64,000 bases of DNA, from positions 5,827 through 69,826 of the forward strand of contig JACRCZ010000074.1 in the NCBI GenBank assembly GCA_016218765.1. The letters are read 5' to 3'. The stretch comes from Deltaproteobacteria bacterium. Its GTDB lineage: Bacteria > Myxococcota_A > Polyangia > DRWM01 > JAAZOP01. The notes under the pieces are model-generated. The model searched no databases. It was not told where the DNA came from and worked only from the letters and a program-made list of their open reading frames with translations. Of this stretch, positions 59,359-64,000 are shown in pieces; the stretch's first letter is position 1, and the number at the start of each line of letters is the position of its first letter. Position numbers and translations under genes: made by a program.

Positions 59359-62300
59359 ATGACGAGGAAGACGTGGTGGTTGGCGTTCGGGACGCTCGCG
59401 GCCTGCGCCGCGCCGTTGGCCGGCTGCATGGACGAGCGGCCGGCGATCGATCGGGTGCAGCCGCTGGCGTTGCGCAAGGCGTACTTCGTGGGCGAGGACC
59501 TGCAGGGCGCGGCGGACGATCCCGTGTTCTGGACGCAGGGCACGCTGATCGACGTCGGGTACGGCGCCGCGCAGGACGGACTGTTCACGTCGACCTACGC
59601 CCAGCCGGTGTCGCGGCTGCGGTGGCAGATCACGGAGGACCTGCTGATCGGGCGGCTGGCCTACGAGCGGGTCGAGGGGACCGACGGGAAGGGAGCCGGC
59701 CACGCGACGGAGGACGGGGTCGTCGTCGTCGCCTATCCGATCGAGAGCCACTTCGACATCATCTACGCCTACAACCCGACGACGGGGGAGCGGCTCAACA
59801 TCAAGGAGGAGAACACGACGGATCGGCCGTGGTACCAGCGGGAGTACTTCCGCGTCGACTGGTCGAAGAACCTCAACGCGGACAGCTACGACTTCGACAC
59901 GCTCTCGCTGCTCGGCGTCTACGGCGGCATCACCTACCAGCCGCTGGCCTACGACGTCACGGACCCGCAGGACCCGAACGCGCCGGTGTTCGACCTGGAG
60001 CACGGGTACTTCGACGTGACGAACAAGGCCTTCGCGCAGCCCAACGTCATCGACCTCAGCCAGCTCGGCTGGGGCATCGACTCCTTCCCCGCCTGCTTCC
60101 TGGACGCGGACTTCTCCGGCGGCACCTACCCCTCCGGCTCGTGCAACCCGGTCGAGCTGACGATCCGGCAGTCGTTCCGGCGGGTGGAGAACAGCGACTT
60201 CGAGCCCAAGGACTGGGACGGAATCCGCTTCCAGGCGTACGGCGGGTTCTACACCGACCGCTACGGCTACGCGCGCAACTACGGGATGAGCGACGACCTG
60301 TGGCGCCGCTTCCTGAACCACCACCAGATCTGGGAGCGCACGCACTTCTACGCCGACCCGCAGACCATGGAGGGACCGATCGAGTGCTACACGCCGTCCA
60401 CGACGCCGTTCGGCAAGGAGCCGGACCGTGACGAGCTGGGGGCGGACGGGAGCGCGGGGGCGAACGGGACGGAGGACGAGTGCGAGGCGGCGGGGGCGGG
60501 CTCGCGCTGCGACACCTTCACCCAGCGCTGCACCCTGCCCTACGCGCAGCGCACGACGCGCACGCTGCCCTGGTACTTCACGCACGACAGCGATCAGGAG
60601 TTCTTCCTGCCGACGAAGTGGGCCGCGCACCAGTGGGACATCGCGCTGCGCATGGCCGTGCGGGCCTCGCAGTACGCCGAGTGCCAGGCGACGGGCGGGG
60701 CGGACTGCGCGTCGCGCTTCCCGGTGCTCACGGGTCAGCAGGAGGAGTACGAGGACGCGATCGCGCTGGCGGCGGAGGTCGACGACTGCCGCGACGCCGG
60801 ACGGGCGGACTGCGACGGGCTGGCGGACGAGCTGGCGGCGGCGCGCGGCTACGGCCCCGCGATCGTCTCCCTCTCGCGCATGCCCGACATGGTCGTCTTG
60901 TGCCACAGCCCGGTCGAGGCCTCCGACCCGGTCGGATGCGGCGGCCCGCGGCTGCCGGAGGGAACGACGGCCGAGCGGTGCGAGGCGGCGTACGACGACG
61001 GGCTGGCCGATCCCGTGCTGCTCGAGACCTGCCGCGCGGCGCTCAACGTGCGGCGCGGCGACCTGCGCTACCACCAGGTGAACGTGATGCCGGAGCCGCA
61101 GTCGCCGTCGCCGTGGGGCATCATGGTCGACTCGATCGACCCGCTCACGGGCGAATCGATCGCCGCGAGCATCAACGTCTGGGCGTTCGTCAACGACATC
61201 TGGAGCCAGGACGTGGTGGACAAGCTGCGCTACCTGCGCGGCGAGTACTCGACAGCGGACGTGACGAACGGCACGTACGTGCGCAACTGGACGATGGCCG
61301 CCCAGGCCGCGTCCGGCGGCGGCGCGCTGCCGATGATGACGCGCGAGGAGCGCGACCGGCGGCTGGCCGACTTCGCCGGCGGGCCGGTCGTCGACGCGGC
61401 CGAGGTGCCCGCGGAGCTGGCGGGCCAGATCCGGTCGCTGGACCGCGAGCTGCGCGAGGTGCGCTCGAGCCTCGGGACGGCGTCGTCGAACGCGGCGATC
61501 TACGAGGCGCGGCGGCGGCAGGCGCGGGGGACGGAGTTCGAGGCGGAGCTGATGACGCCGATGGTGCAGGAGCTGCACGGCGTCAACGGACTGCCGCTGA
61601 ACGACGCGCTGCTCGATGCGGCCTCGCCGCTGCGCGGCGGGCATCCGGAGTTCCGGCTGGAGATCGCGCGGCTGAAGGAAGAGGCGCTCGCGAAGCGCGG
61701 GGCCTGCATCCTGCACCCGGACGAGGCGGAGGCGCCGTTTTCGCTGACGGGGCTGGCGTCCGTGCTCGAGGCCAAGTTCGGCGCGTTCAACCCCGCCGAC
61801 GACCCGGCGGTCCAGCAGGAGCGTGCCGAGCGCATGCGCCGCTACGTCGCCCTGCGGGCGCACTTCGCGGTCATCGGCCACGAGATGGGGCACTCGATCG
61901 GCCTGCGGCACAACTTCATCAGCTCTTCCGACGCCTGGCAGTACCGCCCGCAGTACTGGCAGCTCCGCACGCGCAACGGCGACGTGACGACGGAGTGCGC
62001 CGAGCTGGCCGCGGACGGCGCGACGTGCGTCGGGCCGCGCTACTTCGATCCGGTCACCACCGAGGAGCGCGACAACCTGATCTGGATGTGGATGCAGTCG
62101 TCGATCATGGACTACGCGGGCGAGGCGACGCAGGACCTGATCGGCCTGGGGATCTACGACTTCGCCGCCACGCGCATGCTCTACGGCGAGACGGTCGCCG
62201 TGAACGCCGAGGAGCGCTTCCGCGACGGAACGGTGCTCGGCAACGCCCTGCTCGACCTGGAAGACACCTTCGGCGGCATCCTCGGCCTGGGCTTCGTGCT

Positions 62301-64000
62301 GGGCGACGAGGACATCCACTACTCGCAGCTCCAGCGGGAGTACGGGATGATCGGCGACTGCGTCGACGTGCCCGACCCGCAGGTGTTCAAGCCGCGCGAC
62401 TGGGACGAGGAGCTGCTGGGGGCGTGGAACCCGCTCCTGGACGGCCTGATGGTCCAGGTCGATGGGCAGTGGAGCCGCTGCAAGCAGCAGCGGGTCGACT
62501 ACGTGCCCTGGACCTCGCTGCAGCCGGCGACCCCGTCCGCGAGCAGCCCGGCGGTCGACCCGCAGGGCCGCATCCGCATGCCGTACGGCTTCGCGACCGA
62601 CCGCTGGGCCGATCTGGGGAACCTCTCGGTCTACCGCCACGACAACGGCGCCGACCCCTACGAGATCTTCAACTTCATGATCACCTCGCAGGAGATGTGG
62701 CAGATCTTCGACTCCTACCGCCGCCACCGCCAGACCTTCTCCGTGCGCAACGCCTCCGACCGCGTGCTCAACCGCTACAACGCGAAGATCCGCGACGGCG
62801 CCAAGGGCCTGGGGCTCATGCGCAACGTGTACAAGGACTTCGCCCTGCACCAGGGCTACGACTTCGACACCTTCTGGTCCATCGTCGCCGGCTTCTACCC
62901 CGACAACATCCTCGCCTCCGGCCTGGCGTTCGACCACTTCGCCCGCACGATGGCCCGCCCCGAGATCGGCGCGCATTTCCGCTACGACTGGGAGGACGTC
63001 CTGCGTTCGTCGATGGACGCGCCCGGCACCCCGGGCACGACCCTGGTCCTCGTGCCCAACGGCGCCAGCGGCTACTACGGCACGATCGGCATGGGCGGGA
63101 AGCTCGTGGAGAACCAGCTCTGCGGAAGCTGCGGCGAGTTCGACTCGGACTACACGATGAACGCGGGCTCGTACTACGACAAGATGAACGCGGCGATGCT
63201 CATGACCGAGTCGGTCGACAACTTCATCAGCGCCTCGCGCACCGACTTCACGGACCCCCGCTACCGCGCCGTCTCCCTGGCCGACCTCTTCCCGGACGGC
63301 TACCGCCGCTGGCTGGCCAACAACCTGACCGGTGACGACCTGCTCAAGGGCCCGCGCGTCGCGTCCAACGCGCGCGGCGTCCCGCTCAAGGACGACGACG
63401 GCTACCCCTCCGAGCCGATCGGCTGGACGACGTGGTGGAGCGAGACCCCGACGGCCTGCTTCCCGGCCGAGGGCACGACGATCTGCTCCAGCTACCACAT
63501 GCCGACCGCCGACCCGTTCGACCCGCGCGCGCCCGATCACGTCGCCGTGCTCGACCCGCAGGTCGGCTGGGAGCAGCAGAAGTTCCTCATCGCCTGGACG
63601 ATGCTCTACCTCATGGAGAACGAGGAGATGCGCTGGCTCGACCTGATGCGCCTGTGGGAGCTGGGCTCGGACGCCGATCCGGCGTTCGCCGAGCGCATCG
63701 AGTTCCACTCGCCCAACGGCGAGGTCTACGTCGCGCGCACCTTCGGCAAGGAGGAGATCTTCGGCGTGACCGTCCAGAAGGGCGTCGCCGCCCGCGTGCT
63801 CGAGTACGCCGACGGCCTCCTGGCGGCCGCGTACGAGACCACCGACGGTCCCGACCTCGACGGCGACGCCATCCCCGAATGGCATGTCGCCGTGACCAGC
63901 CCCGACACCGGCATGCCGGTGGTGCGCTGGGATCCGACGGTCGCGCAGATCGATGAGGACGGCTTCATCCGGCCCGACGGCATCCCGGGCTGCAACGCGA
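59359..64000 (+). CDS. Very large Zn-dependent metalloprotease (metzincin-type) lipoprotein, 3' end outside window
   Basis: AGGAG RBS and ATG 59359; APLAG-C lipobox; HEMGHSIGLRHNF at 61879 and Met-turn SSIMDY at about 62098, both in the same frame; >1540 codons. Absent from the ORF track, consistent with having no stop in the window. Confidence 0.9.
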   Translation, partial: MTRKTWWLAFGTLAACAAPLAGCMDERPAIDRVQPLALRKAYFVGEDLQGAADDPVFWTQGTLIDVGYGAAQDGLFTSTYAQPVSRLRWQITEDLLIGRLAYERVEGTDGKGAGHATEDGVVVVAYPIESHFDIIYAYNPTTGERLNIKEENTTDRPWYQREYFRVDWSKNLNADSYDFDTLSLLGVYGGITYQPLAYDVTDPQDPNAPVFDLEHGYFDVTNKAFAQPNVIDLSQLGWGIDSFPACFLDADFSGGTYPSGSCNPVELTIRQSFRRVENSDFEPKDWDGIRFQAYGGFYTDRYGYARNYGMSDDLWRRFLNHHQIWERTHFYADPQTMEGPIECYTPSTTPFGKEPDRDELGADGSAGANGTEDECEAAGAGSRCDTFTQRCTLPYAQRTTRTLPWYFTHDSDQEFFLPTKWAAHQWDIALRMAVRASQYAECQATGGADCASRFPVLTGQQEEYEDAIALAAEVDDCRDAGRADCDGLADELAAARGYGPAIVSLSRMPDMVVLCHSPVEASDPVGCGGPRLPEGTTAERCEAAYDDGLADPVLLETCRAALNVRRGDLRYHQVNVMPEPQSPSPWGIMVDSIDPLTGESIAASINVWAFVNDIWSQDVVDKLRYLRGEYSTADVTNGTYVRNWTMAAQAASGGGALPMMTREERDRRLADFAGGPVVDAAEVPAELAGQIRSLDRELREVRSSLGTASSNAAIYEARRRQARGTEFEAELMTPMVQELHGVNGLPLNDALLDAASPLRGGHPEFRLEIARLKEEALAKRGACILHPDEAEAPFSLTGLASVLEAKFGAFNPADDPAVQQERAERMRRYVALRAHFAVIGHEMGHSIGLRHNFISSSDAWQYRPQYWQLRTRNGDVTTECAELAADGATCVGPRYFDPVTTEERDNLIWMWMQSSIMDYAGEATQDLIGLGIYDFAATRMLYGETVAVNAEERFRDGTVLGNALLDLEDTFGGILGLGFVLGDEDIHYSQLQREYGMIGDCVDVPDPQVFKPRDWDEELLGAWNPLLDGLMVQVDGQWSRCKQQRVDYVPWTSLQPATPSASSPAVDPQGRIRMPYGFATDRWADLGNLSVYRHDNGADPYEIFNFMITSQEMWQIFDSYRRHRQTFSVRNASDRVLNRYNAKIRDGAKGLGLMRNVYKDFALHQGYDFDTFWSIVAGFYPDNILASGLAFDHFARTMARPEIGAHFRYDWEDVLRSSMDAPGTPGTTLVLVPNGASGYYGTIGMGGKLVENQLCGSCGEFDSDYTMNAGSYYDKMNAAMLMTESVDNFISASRTDFTDPRYRAVSLADLFPDGYRRWLANNLTGDDLLKGPRVASNARGVPLKDDDGYPSEPIGWTTWWSETPTACFPAEGTTICSSYHMPTADPFDPRAPDHVAVLDPQVGWEQQKFLIAWTMLYLMENEEMRWLDLMRLWELGSDADPAFAERIEFHSPNGEVYVARTFGKEEIFGVTVQKGVAARVLEYADGLLAAAYETTDGPDLDGDAIPEWHVAVTSPDTGMPVVRWDPTVAQIDEDGFIRPDGIPGCNA

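Noticed and set aside
59266-63885. 1539-aa minus-strand ORF
   Set aside because: Antisense of the metalloprotease gene, which has the RBS, lipobox and catalytic motifs.

Overview
Very GC-rich bacterial DNA, most likely from a Myxococcota (deltaproteobacterial) genome, judging from two MYXO-CTERM sorting tails, Cys-rich repeat surface proteins, a Ser/Thr kinase-TPR protein and about a dozen lipoproteins. About 41 genes are supportable; most other ORFs in the track are GC-driven shadow frames. Envelope genes include a VCBS/propeller protein, TamA/TamB, a LysM-M23 peptidase, a DUF4139-like protein, and a beta-barrel next to a >1500-aa Zn-metalloprotease lipoprotein that the ORF track missed. Other genes are a sulfotransferase, an aromatic amino-acid decarboxylase, a V4R hybrid kinase and HrpB. 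The best candidates for an undescribed system are: (1) an IclR-centred divergent cluster linking an AOR-family (tungsten) oxidoreductase that lacks the canonical active-site Glu to a split MetF/MetV methylene-THF reductase; (2) a small protein with an NHLP-like leader domain, an internal Tat/lipoprotein signal and three repeated core-like motifs; (3) several families of short dispersed repeats, one copy lying in frame inside hrpB and one at an apparent gene fusion. No rRNA, tRNA, CRISPR array or intact transposase was recognised. All family assignments come from motif recognition by eye, not from database searches.
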